Of a stretch of DNA of 64,000 bases, positions 34,902 through 45,782 are shown in pieces. The first letter of the stretch is position 1. Each line of letters begins with the position of its first letter. Position numbers and translations under genes: made by a program. The stretch spans positions 1-64,000 of the forward strand of contig JAANOX010000149.1 in NCBI GenBank assembly GCA_020184695.1, given 5' to 3'. The stretch comes from Histomonas meleagridis 2922-C6/04-290x. Its lineage: Eukaryota > Protista > Parabasalia. Below the pieces are notes generated by a model, which had not been told where the DNA came from, did no database searches, and was given only the letters and a program-made list of their open reading frames with translations.

Positions 34902-37166
34902 TTACGCAATAGTTTTAGAATTCCTTAAATTTTGGAATATTATATTTCTATACCTTTCGAATATCATTGGAATTCTCATTTTCCCAATCGCTTGGGGCAC
35001 CCCATTGTCCAACAACATTTTGTGCGTTTTGTTATAATACGACAAAATTGTTATAATCGACAATGTCATCATTGCCGTTTGCGACGGCCCATTTAATAGT
35101 TTACCGAATGTCGGGATTAACAACAAATATTTATCGGAATACGTCACACGTACCAATGATTCAGTCATTAATATTCCGACATTCAAAAGTTGCCAATCGT
35201 TATTCGCAAACGCAAATCCAAAAAACTTTTCGATGATATTATTATCGCAAAGTTTCGTCACCATTTCGGGCTTAAGTGATATTCTTCTTATGATTGTTCC
35301 GATTGTTTTTAGTATCGTTACATCGCCGTTTTCGATTAACTTTATTAAGAAAGTTGGTAATGTCGAAACATGTGAAATTTGCGATCGATTTTCATGTTTG
35401 GAAAATAATACCATAAATAATATCAAACTATCGCCGAGACTGAACTTGGAATCAAGCCAATAGTCCATAGTTTTGATCAAATATTTGGACCCCGAATTGG
35501 TTTTGGCAATCTTGAAAAGAATCAACGGAGAATAACGAATGGTTTTGCAGTTGTCGACTAATGAGTCTATAAGTTGCTTGGACGTGGGAACTTCTGTCAT
35601 TTTTAGAAGCATTTGGGATGCATTTAACTGTGTTTTGGGATTCGATAAATGACGTGATACTAAATCAATGTCAATGTCGTCAGGAGTGTTGATATGGCCT
35701 GTAAGAGCTGTGTAGGAACTACAGATTGTGCTTGGATTTTGGGATTGAAGGCCTCTATTAAAGATTGTGAGACACTTGCTAAGATACCGAAACTTGAACT
35801 CTGGACAATAAAGAAGGAGGTTAGCTAAGATATTGTTGTAGGTGGCTGCATAATCTGTGGATAATATGAGTTCATATGAATTTACAAATGGTTCAATAAC
35901 TCGTGCACAATTGATATTGTCTTTGGCTTGATGTGCAATTTGAGAGAAAAGAGATATGACTTTTTGCATATGCATTGTTGATATTGGTAATAAGTTCGAA
36001 ATAAGTGAAGGCGGAATTTTATCAGGATGTGACTTAGCAACACTAAGTAATATTACATAGATAGATTCTAAATACTGAGTATCAGTAAAGGAAAATTGGC
36101 TTAATAAATCAGAATCAACAAACGAAGGAACATAATCGAGTGACCGTTTAAATAGCTGTGAAATTTCTGTCAAAACCGTCGCCATGATTGTGGGCATTGT
36201 AGCATGAGAAAAGCAAGGCTTTATAGCTTGGAAGAATTGAAGAGATGTCTTTGGAGTGATTTTTTGAATTACCATTTGATATACTTCCAAAAATAACTTA
36301 TGATTAGAATTTCCCAAAATTCGGATATATGAAGCTGGAATCTCATTGCTAGAACTATCATATGTGGAATGATTAAAATGTACAACCTTGAATTTGTTAT
36401 CGTTGGAATCAAGTAATAATAAAAATGTGGAAATTGAATTTTCATCAGTACCTTCGAAATAAGAGTCTTTGTTATGAAGAATTTCATAAACACTTGAAAA
36501 CGATGATTGGTTGTATGGATCTTTTTTCCAGCAATAAAGAATTAAATCTCGAAGACCTTCTGGAATATCATATGAAGGCGAAACTGGTTCGGTATGAACT
36601 TCATCTGTGAGAAGAGAGAGAAGAATTAAGCCGAAAAGATATACATCATATGATAAATCATGATTAACAAAACTGACATTTTCGAAATTACAAAGTTTTG
36701 GAAGAAGTTCATCATCTAAATAAATATTTTCAAGCGTTAGGTTTCCATACATTATGTTTTGTTTATGCAAAGACAACATAGCATTTGCTATTGCGATTGC
36801 AATCTTTGTTTTATCAGTTGGTGATAATGATGGTGCTCCTTCTTTATGCTTTATAACGTCTAAGAGTGTTGTTTTTGATACATATTTTGTGAAAACTGCA
36901 TAAGGTATGCTATCATCATAACCAAAAAAGTTTGAAATAAAATAATTTCTAGTTTTGGATAATGTCACTACTTCATGGATAAATTGTAACTTGGTAATAT
37001 CTGCATTTGATGCATCTTGTGGAAATTTTTTCATTATACATTTGATATTTGATGGAATATGGGTAACCTCAAATATGTTTTCTTCTATCTTCTCTCCAAC
37101 CTTAAAATCTGCGCTTTTTACGAGAGAGAAAACAAATGGCGAAAGAATTTCTTCCGCAGATTTCAT
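34902..37166 (-). CDS. TKL-like pseudokinase fused to an ARM/HEAT-like C-terminal region
   Basis: KTKIAIAIANAMLSLHKQNIMYGNLTLENIYLD, PKLCNFE, DVYLFGLIL, CWKKDP; HRD, DFG, APE and Gly-loop are missing. Confidence 0.8.
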   Translation of the reverse strand: MKSAEEILSPFVFSLVKSADFKVGEKIEENIFEVTHIPSNIKCIMKKFPQDASNADITKLQFIHEVVTLSKTRNYFISNFFGYDDSIPYAVFTKYVSKTTLLDVIKHKEGAPSLSPTDKTKIAIAIANAMLSLHKQNIMYGNLTLENIYLDDELLPKLCNFENVSFVNHDLSYDVYLFGLILLSLLTDEVHTEPVSPSYDIPEGLRDLILYCWKKDPYNQSSFSSVYEILHNKDSYFEGTDENSISTFLLLLDSNDNKFKVVHFNHSTYDSSSNEIPASYIRILGNSNHKLFLEVYQMVIQKITPKTSLQFFQAIKPCFSHATMPTIMATVLTEISQLFKRSLDYVPSFVDSDLLSQFSFTDTQYLESIYVILLSVAKSHPDKIPPSLISNLLPISTMHMQKVISLFSQIAHQAKDNINCARVIEPFVNSYELILSTDYAATYNNILANLLLYCPEFKFRYLSKCLTIFNRGLQSQNPSTICSSYTALTGHINTPDDIDIDLVSRHLSNPKTQLNASQMLLKMTEVPTSKQLIDSLVDNCKTIRYSPLILFKIAKTNSGSKYLIKTMDYWLDSKFSLGDSLILFMVLFSKHENRSQISHVSTLPTFLIKLIENGDVTILKTIGTIIRRISLKPEMVTKLCDNNIIEKFFGFAFANNDWQLLNVGILMTESLVRVTYSDKYLLLIPTFGKLLNGPSQTAMMTLSIITILSYYNKTHKMLLDNGVPQAIGKMRIPMIFERYRNIIFQNLRNSKTIA

Positions 37167-37594
37167 TTAATTAAAAAGTGACACTGCTTTTTGAAATATT
37201 TTGATTAACGGTACCATATTTTGATTGAATTTCTATCGGATTTATCGCTTCACTTTTGTCCCATTTTATTACTGCTGATAATATCATGATTTTATTCAAA
37301 CGTAGATCTCTAATGTATTTTGTCTGGCATGCCGCTTAGAATATCTTAAAAGTTGGATTTCGAGTAAATAAATAACAATTATTGAAATGACAAAGATTTC
37401 TAAATACCAATTAGCCCTTCTTATACAAAATAATTAGCGCATATAAAAATTTTATTTAGCTAATGAATAGGGGAGTAGGAAGCTCTCAAAAATGATATTC
37501 ATATTTTGGTGAAATTGATCATTCGTTTTTGATAAACATATTTTGTAATTACTTGTAATAAGAATTTTAACGTCTAGCCAGAACAAAATTAATT

Positions 37595-37987
37595 TTAACT
37601 TTTAGACTTTAAAAAATTATTATATTCGGCTTCATTCATGAGTTTGGAAGTATCGTCACTATCAAGGCCAAGCTTAAGAATCCAGCCTTCTTTTTCAGGA
37701 GATTTATTAACTAATGATGGGTCATTTTGAACAGCTTTATTGGCTTCAATGATTTTGCCAGGTAATGGTGCAAATATTGGAGATGTAGCTTTAGTAGATT
37801 CTATGTCGCACAATTCATCACCTGCCTTAACTTCTTTTCCAATTTGGGGTTCTACAAAATTCACGTCGCCAAGATGATGTACAGCATATGATGTAATACC
37901 AACAGTACCTACACGTCCAACAATATCGATCCATTCATGAGTTGGAGTATAAAATTTTGCAAATGATCTCATAACAGAAGAAATCAT
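37595..37987 (-). CDS. GCSH: Glycine cleavage system H protein with hydrogenosomal presequence
   Basis: THEWI...GIT.YA...LGDV..VE, lipoyl motif ESTKAT, VNKSPEKEGW; N-terminus MISSVMRSF|A. Confidence 0.93.
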   Translation of the reverse strand: MISSVMRSFAKFYTPTHEWIDIVGRVGTVGITSYAVHHLGDVNFVEPQIGKEVKAGDELCDIESTKATSPIFAPLPGKIIEANKAVQNDPSLVNKSPEKEGWILKLGLDSDDTSKLMNEAEYNNFLKSKS

Positions 37988-38213
37988 TTATAAAATGAAA
38001 TTCAGGAATACGTTAAAAATTGTGTAAGAAGAAACCGTTTGACGATGAAATCAATTTTTGAGAGCTTTCGACATATTTATCTTCAGAAAATTCTGCAGTG
38101 TTTTCAGTATAACGATAAAACTTTTCAATGTCACTTTGGGGTGGGCCAAAAGGAACGTTATTTTTAGTCGTTCTTGTAACGTTCTCTGGTATGTGATCAA
38201 CGGTTTTTAATTC
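37988..38213. promoter_or_regulatory. 226-bp divergent promoter with two outward-facing M3-like AACGGTTT sites and an Inr
   Basis: AACGGTTT on minus at 38032-38039 and on plus at 38199-38206; TCATT upstream of the GCSH ATG. Confidence 0.6.
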
Positions 38214-38780
38214 ATGATTTCTTTAAAGGTTGTCCTTGTAGGAGATGCAAAAGTTGGGAAAAGTTGCATACTAAACAGGCTTGTTCATGGAACATTTGAT
38301 AAAAATACACCTGCTACAATTGGCGCTGCTTTTATGGCAAAAATAATCCAAACACCAAATGAAACTGTACGTCTTCAACTATGGGATACTGCAGGACAAG
38401 AGAAGTTCAGGTCTCTCGCGCCAATGTACTATCGATCAGCAGCTGTTGCTGTTCTTGTTTATGATGTAACATCTCGAGAGAGTCTTGTAGGACTTGAAGA
38501 ATGGGCTGCTGAGATAAACGATAAGACACCTCAACATTCAAAACTTGTTATAATTGGAAATAAAATTGATCTCGAAGATCAAAGATGTATTTCCACTCAA
38601 CAAGGTAAAGAATTTGCAGAACAAATCGGAGCTGTGATTCATGCCGAAACATCAGCTAAAACAGGTGAAGGGATCAATGAAGTTTTTGCAAAAATTGCAG
38701 AACTTGAAATCACGCAAGACGATATTGTCGAAAACCCAAAAGAACTCCAATCAAAAAATGAATCTGGATGCTCTTGTTGA
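38214..38780 (+). CDS. Rab GTPase (Rab5-related group)
   Basis: GDAKVGKS, TIGAAF, WDTAGQEKFRSLAPMYYR, GNKID, ETSAK, CxC terminus. Confidence 0.93.
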   Translation: MISLKVVLVGDAKVGKSCILNRLVHGTFDKNTPATIGAAFMAKIIQTPNETVRLQLWDTAGQEKFRSLAPMYYRSAAVAVLVYDVTSRESLVGLEEWAAEINDKTPQHSKLVIIGNKIDLEDQRCISTQQGKEFAEQIGAVIHAETSAKTGEGINEVFAKIAELEITQDDIVENPKELQSKNESGCSC

Positions 38781-39293
38781 TACAGCTATCACTTTAATAA
38801 AAATAGTATAAAATATTTAGTATCATTTAAAACTATTATAATTCCCTTAACCGGACTTATGTGAAGAAAAGCAAATAGTTTATTGTGCGGTTGTCGTCGT
38901 AATAAGTGAATAATTAAACTTTATGAATGAATTTGAATTAGGATTAAAAAGTGAATTTTTTTTATAATTTTTTTAATTCATTTTTTACCCAAATCTACAC
39001 AGAAGTCTCTGGTTGATTTTTCGTGGGTATGAAAATATAGTCGTATAATGAATTTGCATCACGAAGTAAATTCTTTTTTGTTTTATTTTTTACTTGATGC
39101 ATTTTCTTTTAGCTTTATTAAAAAAGAATATATATTGGGTGATTAGTTAAAAAATGTTAATCACCAAATAATCAATTTCAAAAAAAAAATTTGTAGTGGA
39201 AAAACAGAGAACCATTATAGACTAGATATCACTATAGTCATTTGTAATATTTGTGTTGATTTTGGGTTCATTTTCCAAAAGAAGGGAAGCCTG

Positions 39294-40055
39294 ATGAACA
39301 GAGGAGATTGTATTTTATCTATTATTACAAATTCTATTGTCATAGCTATTGGTCTTGGCTTTGCTTACAGTAGCCTCATTGTTTCAATTCCTTCTTTTAA
39401 AAGTGAAGATAACAAATTTTTCATCAACACTTTATGGTGTATTACAGCTTTCTTCTTTATAATGTGGATTTGGTGTTGGATATATTCAGCAACTGCAGAT
39501 CCAGGACGTACTTCTGATGATCTTAAGGACCGAGGATATCTCCAAGAAATCCAAAAAGGAAATATACCTATTCCTCTAAGAGGACTTCCAATCTGTCATA
39601 AGTGTGGTCTCCCTCAGCCTCCAAATGCAGAGCATTGCGATATTTGCAATTCTTGTCATCTCAGATTTGATCATCATTGTGGAGTTATTGGAAACTGTGT
39701 TGCTGACAAAAACCTAAAATCATTCACACTCAGTTTTATTTATGGTGGGATATTTTCAGCAATTACAACTATTGTTGGATTAATCTCATTCAGTAAATTA
39801 AATAAAGAAAAAAAGGGAAATCCATCAGTTATAATTGGTCTTATCATAACAGTGTATAGTGGTGCAATTTCTATTGTTCTTATTGCTTTTGGTCTTGGAA
39901 TTTTCTTTGAAAATTTAAGCCATAGTAAACTCAGTTTGACTAAGTATTTATGGACATTTGGGAATCACTGGTGGCAAAAATTGATCCCCATACAAAGGAA
40001 AACAACGTTTCTTGCATGGCCTGGAGTGTTCTGGGTTGATGACTTTGAAGCATGA
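39294..40055 (+). CDS. DHHC palmitoyltransferase
   Basis: CHKC...HCDICNSCHLRFDHHCGVIGNCV; four TM segments. Confidence 0.92.
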   Translation: MNRGDCILSIITNSIVIAIGLGFAYSSLIVSIPSFKSEDNKFFINTLWCITAFFFIMWIWCWIYSATADPGRTSDDLKDRGYLQEIQKGNIPIPLRGLPICHKCGLPQPPNAEHCDICNSCHLRFDHHCGVIGNCVADKNLKSFTLSFIYGGIFSAITTIVGLISFSKLNKEKKGNPSVIIGLIITVYSGAISIVLIAFGLGIFFENLSHSKLSLTKYLWTFGNHWWQKLIPIQRKTTFLAWPGVFWVDDFEA

Positions 40056-40394
40056 GATTATACTAGCTTCATTAGAATTCGTTTTAAAGCTATTATTTTG
40101 AAATAAACACACATATATATACATTTTTAATATCACATTTTGCATAGTTAATAAAAATAATATGAAATACATAACTATTCAAAAAGATTTTGATTTCTAT
40201 TTGTAATTTTCTTTTTTTAACATTGAAAATATTAAATATGAAGAAATCTGGTTTTATCATGTTTATAAAAATCAATTGAGTATGCAATTCTTTTTCAAAG
40301 TCAAAAATAATAAGACAATTGATATTGAGGATTAAACATTAAATATATTTTATAAAATTATCATTACATGAATTTATTGAAATAAAAAATGAGC

Positions 40395-41030
40395 TTATTT
40401 GAATGACCGCTGATGTCTCATTTGTTTAATGGCGCCAGGATTTTTGATCTTTAACATGGAATACAAGTTACTAAGCTCTGTCTTTGCTGTGTTAGCTTCC
40501 ATTCGCATTTTATTATATCGAAATTGAACCTGATCTCTAACATAATCATCAGGCGCTTGGACAAATCCCAATGAAAATATATCAACTGTCTTAAATTTTA
40601 ATATCTGTTGAACATTTAATATTCCTGTATCGCTTTTGAGTGTAAAGTTGATATCGAATATGCCTGTTTGTTTTGCAAATTCAGTCAATATTTCAATTAA
40701 AACTTGAGGAAATTCATCAAATTCAGTGTTCATCTTTTGTTCCTTTTTGAATTTATCAAAATCTTTGCTATTAATAGATAATTCAAATAAGAAAAATATA
40801 TCTATTTCTGAAGTAACCTCAATAGCCATAAGAGAAAGGTGATCCTTCTCTTTGATTTCAATAATTTTAAACCTTAGAATGATTACTTCTGATGACTTTG
40901 TCTGATCTGAACGAAATTCAACTGGAATTTCGTTATTAAAAACAATTTCACCGCCATATCTTAAGCTTGGATCACATAACTCATTTCCTAAATTAAATGA
41001 TTCCACGCTTTTCGTGTCATTATGTTTCAT
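40395..41030 (-). CDS. SAS-6-like (SAS6L-type) protein: SAS-6 head domain without the long coiled coil; start ATG 41030
   Basis: IEVTSEIDIFFLF...F.KFKKEQKM..EFDEFPQVL..., VRDQVQFRYN...LKIKNPGAI. Confidence 0.7.
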   Translation of the reverse strand: MKHNDTKSVESFNLGNELCDPSLRYGGEIVFNNEIPVEFRSDQTKSSEVIILRFKIIEIKEKDHLSLMAIEVTSEIDIFFLFELSINSKDFDKFKKEQKMNTEFDEFPQVLIEILTEFAKQTGIFDINFTLKSDTGILNVQQILKFKTVDIFSLGFVQAPDDYVRDQVQFRYNKMRMEANTAKTELSNLYSMLKIKNPGAIKQMRHQRSFK

Positions 41031-41487
41031 TTTTTGATAAACGTACGTTCGAAATAATAAACTATTCAAAAAAGAAAATCCAATTGGGTTTACAAAATAA
41101 GGATGAAACAAAAGATTTCTTTATTCTGATCAGTATCAAAATCCTTCTTTTCTCCAATACATGAATTTATTCTTTCTTTGAAATAGTGATTAAACTTATA
41201 TTTATTTTAAAAATTTTTTAATTAATGAAATTTAAATTAATATGTCTTCGGGCTCAGGAGCTATTGTAAAAGTAAAAAATGGCACACAAACATTAACCTT
41301 ATTTAGTAAAAATTAAAAATAATTTTTTTTTTGAATTAGAAAAAAATTAGTCATATGAAACAACGATTGTTCTACTAAAACCAAGGCGTATGAAACATTA
41401 AAAAACCCCTCATTAGCATATCTTTTTATATATGTAATATTTAGCTTTGCATATAAATATCCTCTTTTAGATTTGCGCACAAAATTT

Positions 41488-41880
41488 TTAATCATCAAGT
41501 TCATTTATATCAGAGCTCGCATAGTAAATACCTGTTAGAGTCAAAGGTCCTCCACTTGCCCGAACAGTTGGAATATTAAATTGTGAAAATGGAATTGTCA
41601 CAGAAACACTTGGATTTTGCTGTGGAAACAAAGAAGCTATAACAGTTGATCTTACTTCTGTCTGAGCTGTATCACTTTCTTCCCCTAATTTATCAATTCT
41701 GATAGTCTGAATAATTCCTTCCAAAATAACCTTTTTAAGTGTTATATCAGCACAATGAATTCCAGTTATAACGCAAGTGCACCCATTCGGAACTGGTAGA
41801 TATGCAGGTTCCTTATCTTTTAATTCTAATGTCCAATTTCTTTTGTTGAACATTTTGCATACATTAACGGTCTCTTTCAT
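41488..41880 (-). CDS. Small protein, possibly a nucleoplasmin-like (NPL) domain
   Basis: WTLELK...CVITGI...VIASL...IPF...V..SGGPLTLTGIY beta-strand pattern. Confidence 0.4.
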   Translation of the reverse strand: MKETVNVCKMFNKRNWTLELKDKEPAYLPVPNGCTCVITGIHCADITLKKVILEGIIQTIRIDKLGEESDTAQTEVRSTVIASLFPQQNPSVSVTIPFSQFNIPTVRASGGPLTLTGIYYASSDINELDD

Positions 41881-42200
41881 TTTTTAAACTGGAAAAAATT
41901 TGATCATTTCTCAATCTTTTTTTAGCAAAATTCTTTTTATACAGATTATTTGCTTGCATTTATTATTCTTTGAACATAAAATTAAAAAAAATTATTGTTA
42001 ATAATAATGATACAATCGCTTTTTATAAAAATTGTTTCTAACACCATCATTTTTTTAGAAATCTATTATACACAGAAAGCTAATCTTGACATACATTTCT
42101 CTATTTGGCTTCTTCGAAGATTTGCAAAGATCAGAACGTCTCTTTGGTGTGGCACTTTTCGTAAGTGATTTCACTCGTTTTTTGAATTTGCAAAAATGCT

Positions 42201-42953
42201 TCACGCCATTAAACCTTCTGCTGTTTGGAAGCAAAGGTTAAGCATTGCCAACGTGTCTTTAACCTGTGAAATAACACTTGGAGAATGTGATTGTGCTCGA
42301 ATTTGGAGAACTACTGTGGTTGCACCAAAAAGAACAATATGTGAAAATATATGTCCGCCTTCAATAACAAGTTCATATGGCACATCTTGTGTTAAATTAG
42401 CAACTTCTTGAAGCGCAAATTGAAGTTGTTGCAAATTTGCAGCAACGGAAATTGAATCTGCATTTGATGGATAAGTGTAAATAGCATCGCCATCACTGAA
42501 AATAACAGCGAATTGAATGGCTCCTCTAAGTTTGTCGATTAAGTTAAGAAGGATAATATTTGATGCAGATCTAATTGCGGGACCTAATCCTGAATTAAAT
42601 CTTCTAAAATTAGATGAATCAGTCAAGTTTAATGTTTCTGGATTAAAGCGTTCAAGGAAAGCTCGTAAAATTTGTGTAGCAATACAATGTGCCAAAGATC
42701 TGTAAAATGTTGCATCATGAAAAATAAAAACTTTAATCCCCGTTTCTTCTGATTGCACAATCGTAATAGCTATTGTTGACATAACCATGTAAGAAACAGG
42801 GGCTCCTACAGATCTACTTGATAGATCATTCATTGCTGTTATAAGACCTCCAAATGATCGTAGATTACGAGAACCGCCTTCAAAATCAGCTGAAAATATT
42901 ACAATACCACTTTTAGCTGTGATACAAATTGATTTTAGCTCTGGGCGATTCAT
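42201..42953 (-). CDS. Hypothetical protein with longin-like plus roadblock-like folds; probable start ATG 42953
   Basis: ICITAKSGIVIFS...FGGLITAMNDLS pattern; M3-like AACGGTTT at 42988-42995 supports this start. Confidence 0.45.
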   Translation of the reverse strand: MNRPELKSICITAKSGIVIFSADFEGGSRNLRSFGGLITAMNDLSSRSVGAPVSYMVMSTIAITIVQSEETGIKVFIFHDATFYRSLAHCIATQILRAFLERFNPETLNLTDSSNFRRFNSGLGPAIRSASNIILLNLIDKLRGAIQFAVIFSDGDAIYTYPSNADSISVAANLQQLQFALQEVANLTQDVPYELVIEGGHIFSHIVLFGATTVVLQIRAQSHSPSVISQVKDTLAMLNLCFQTAEGLMA

Positions 42954-43862
42954 CGAATCAAAATTTGGTATAATAAGTTTTTCTGAGAAACCGTTTGTGG
43001 GTAAACGCACTTTTTATTTGCTCACAGCCGATTTTTTAACGTATTTTTAACGAGCATTTTTTGTTTTCATTTTGCTCAATATTAATAGTAATTTTCACAA
43101 AGTTATACACTCCATTGTGATTACAATTAAATACATATCATAAAATTATATGAACTGGTGTGTTTCATTTCTGAATTTGAAAAAATTAAATAGATTTTTC
43201 CTTACTCTTATCTTATTTTCTGACTATGATTTTTTATGTATAAATATAATTTAATGACACAATTATCAATGACATGTTAATTTGATTTTTTTTATTGTTG
43301 TATAAATAATGAGCAATATTCGATATCTCAACAGAAAATTAAAAATTGAGATATTTGTCTGACATATGTAAAAAAATTGTTTTCTCGAAGAACCTTTGAG
43401 TGCCAACAGATATTTAATGATTATATTCCAGATTTTCCTCTCGGCATCTCTCAACAACTGAACGATACATACCGATATGTCACATTCTTGTCATAATTTT
43501 GTGAAAAAGCGGTTATTTGATACAATTTTCGGAAAATGATGAGGTATCCATTTTGGCAAAAATATATTTGTAATCGCATAACTTATTGTTCTGTATTACA
43601 TAGAAACTCCATGAACAAAATAAAATTCCTTCCACTATGTACAGCAAATATCAAAGTTCTTAAAATTTTTCAAATTATTAATTTTCATAAGAATTCAAAA
43701 GAAACTTGTTTTCCATAATTTTTTCAACTTTCCATTAAAGCGCTTATTTATGTTCCGCAGCATCATGCTTCTTAAAATTAATTTGAAGAAACATAATTGT
43801 CAGTTCCCTGCAGAAAATGGGATGCCCGAACGGTTCGAGGACGTTTAATAGCACTTGACTCG

Positions 43863-45116
43863 ATGTCGTCTCTTGTTCCATATCACTGGATGAACGATAC
43901 CCACATCGCATTTGGTGTTGGTGCTATTGAAACAGTTAAGGAATATGTCAAAAAAGGCACAAAAATTTTATGTATTGCTGATAATCAAAAGCACATATAT
44001 AAAAGCGGAGCTAAATCCGATGTCGACAGAGTTCTTTCTGAAATTGGTGCCAAGTATACTTGGAGTGAAAAAATTGAAGCCAATCCAGACTACTCCACCA
44101 TTTGTGAATTAATTTCAGATATCAGGAAGAATCCAGTTGATCTTCTTCTTACTGTAGGTGGTGGCTCTGCTATGGACGCTACGAAATTTATTTCTTCTGC
44201 TGTTAATCTTCCTTCTTCTGTTGAACCATGGAGCATTCTTCGTCATCCAGAACTTATCGGGAAGACCATACCAATGATTTCTGTTTGCACTCTTGCCGCA
44301 ACTGGTTCTGAGTGGAATGAGCGCTTTGTAATATCTCGCCGCAGCACAGGCGAAAAAGTTGCAGGCGCAAATCCGCACAACTTTTTCAAAGTATGTTACT
44401 TGGTCGGACGGTTATACCGAACGACCGTTTATCCATGAACTAACTCATAGCTTTCTGTTTTAGACCCACGCTATACTCTTACTGTTCCAGAACGTCAGAC
44501 ATGCAACGGCCTCTTTGATTCTTATTGCCATGTCATGGAAGAGTACATTACCGGTCATTTTGCACCTATGCAAGATCGAATGAGTGAAGGTGTTGCCAAA
44601 ACAATCATTGAATTAGCACCAAAATTACTTGAACATCCAAGTGATTTGAACTTCCGTGCAACAGCTATGCAAACATCATCAATGGCTCTTAATACTCTTC
44701 TTCAAACAGGCACAATCTCTTGCTGGGGAACACACCGAAGCTCAATGATCCTTACTGCAAAGTATGGAATGGATCATGGCCAGTCACTTGTACCAATTCT
44801 TGCAAATGTTTGGAAACGATTCTTCGATGTCAAGAAATTCAAGCTTGCACAAATGGCGGACCGCGTATGGGAATACAAAGGTTATGGCACCGTCGATGAC
44901 AAGGCCAAATACTCAATTGATAAAATGCAAGAATTTGCTCGCATGCTCAAATTGAAGTTGACAATCAGCGAATACACACACGAAGCACATCCGGAGCAAG
45001 CTGTGAAGGATATGGTGGAGTACACTTGGGACATGATGGGAAGGAAGCCGTTTGGCGAAAGAGGAATCATCAAATCAAAGGAAGACCTCGAAGTAATATA
45101 CTCAAATTCGTTCTAA
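43863..45116 (+). CDS. Iron-containing alcohol/aldehyde dehydrogenase (YqhD/BdhA-like), two exons (43863-44390 and 44451-45116), 397 aa
   Basis: VGGGSAMDATK, TLAATGSEWN; spliced junction NFFK|LSVLDPRYT...NGLFDSYCHVMEEY; WGTH...GMDHGQSL. Confidence 0.92.
44391..44450 (+). other. 60-nt spliceosomal intron GTATGT...ACTAACTCATAG, phase 0, with in-frame TGA and internal hairpin
   Basis: Matches the parabasalid intron consensus; removal restores the conserved LDP motif. Confidence 0.93.
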
Positions 45117-45280
45117 GTGAATTGGATGACAAAACTCATAGTAAAATTTGATTTCTTCACCAAAATGTTTTGATGAATCACAACAAAATGAAATTTGTTG
45201 ATTTTCTTTTGAAGTTTATTAAAGTTAAATTTGATCAAATTTGATACTTGAGATATTGTTCCGATCTTTAAAATGTTAAT

Positions 45281-45550
45281 TATAAAGAACTACCAAAGAA
45301 TGATTGGGAATTACATAAGAGATATGGTAAAGAAGGCGTTCGAATGAAATTGCGAAAATCATTCGAAATGATGACATCGAATAACTTCAAAAACAACACA
45401 ACCAAACTTTGATTAAAATACCAAAAAATACCAAAATCATTATATGAACGATGTACATTTGTTATTAATAAATATGGTGTTACATTAATTGATTATTCTG
45501 CATATTTTGGCTCATTAAAATGTTTTAAATATTTGTTACTACAATTGTAG
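45281..45550 (+). pseudogene. DUF3447-family relic
   Basis: NDWELHK..KEGV / NEIAKIIRNDDIE* / SLYERC / TLIDYSAYFGSLKCFKYLL, with frameshifts and stops; collinear with the 51758-53038 protein. Confidence 0.8.
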
Positions 45551-45782
45551 GCGGATATTTAAAGAAAAATGATTAATGTCAACAAAATAATTTTTCATAT
45601 GAATGGCTCTTGTTTAATTGATAAAAATGTTTACCATTCATCTTGATCTTTTATCATCGCCATATTAATTCATTTTTAAAGATTAATTATTTTATTTAAT
45701 CACATTCATTTGTGTTACTATCATAAATAAAATATAAATGAAAATAATTAATACATATTTACAAACATAATATTTTTACTCA

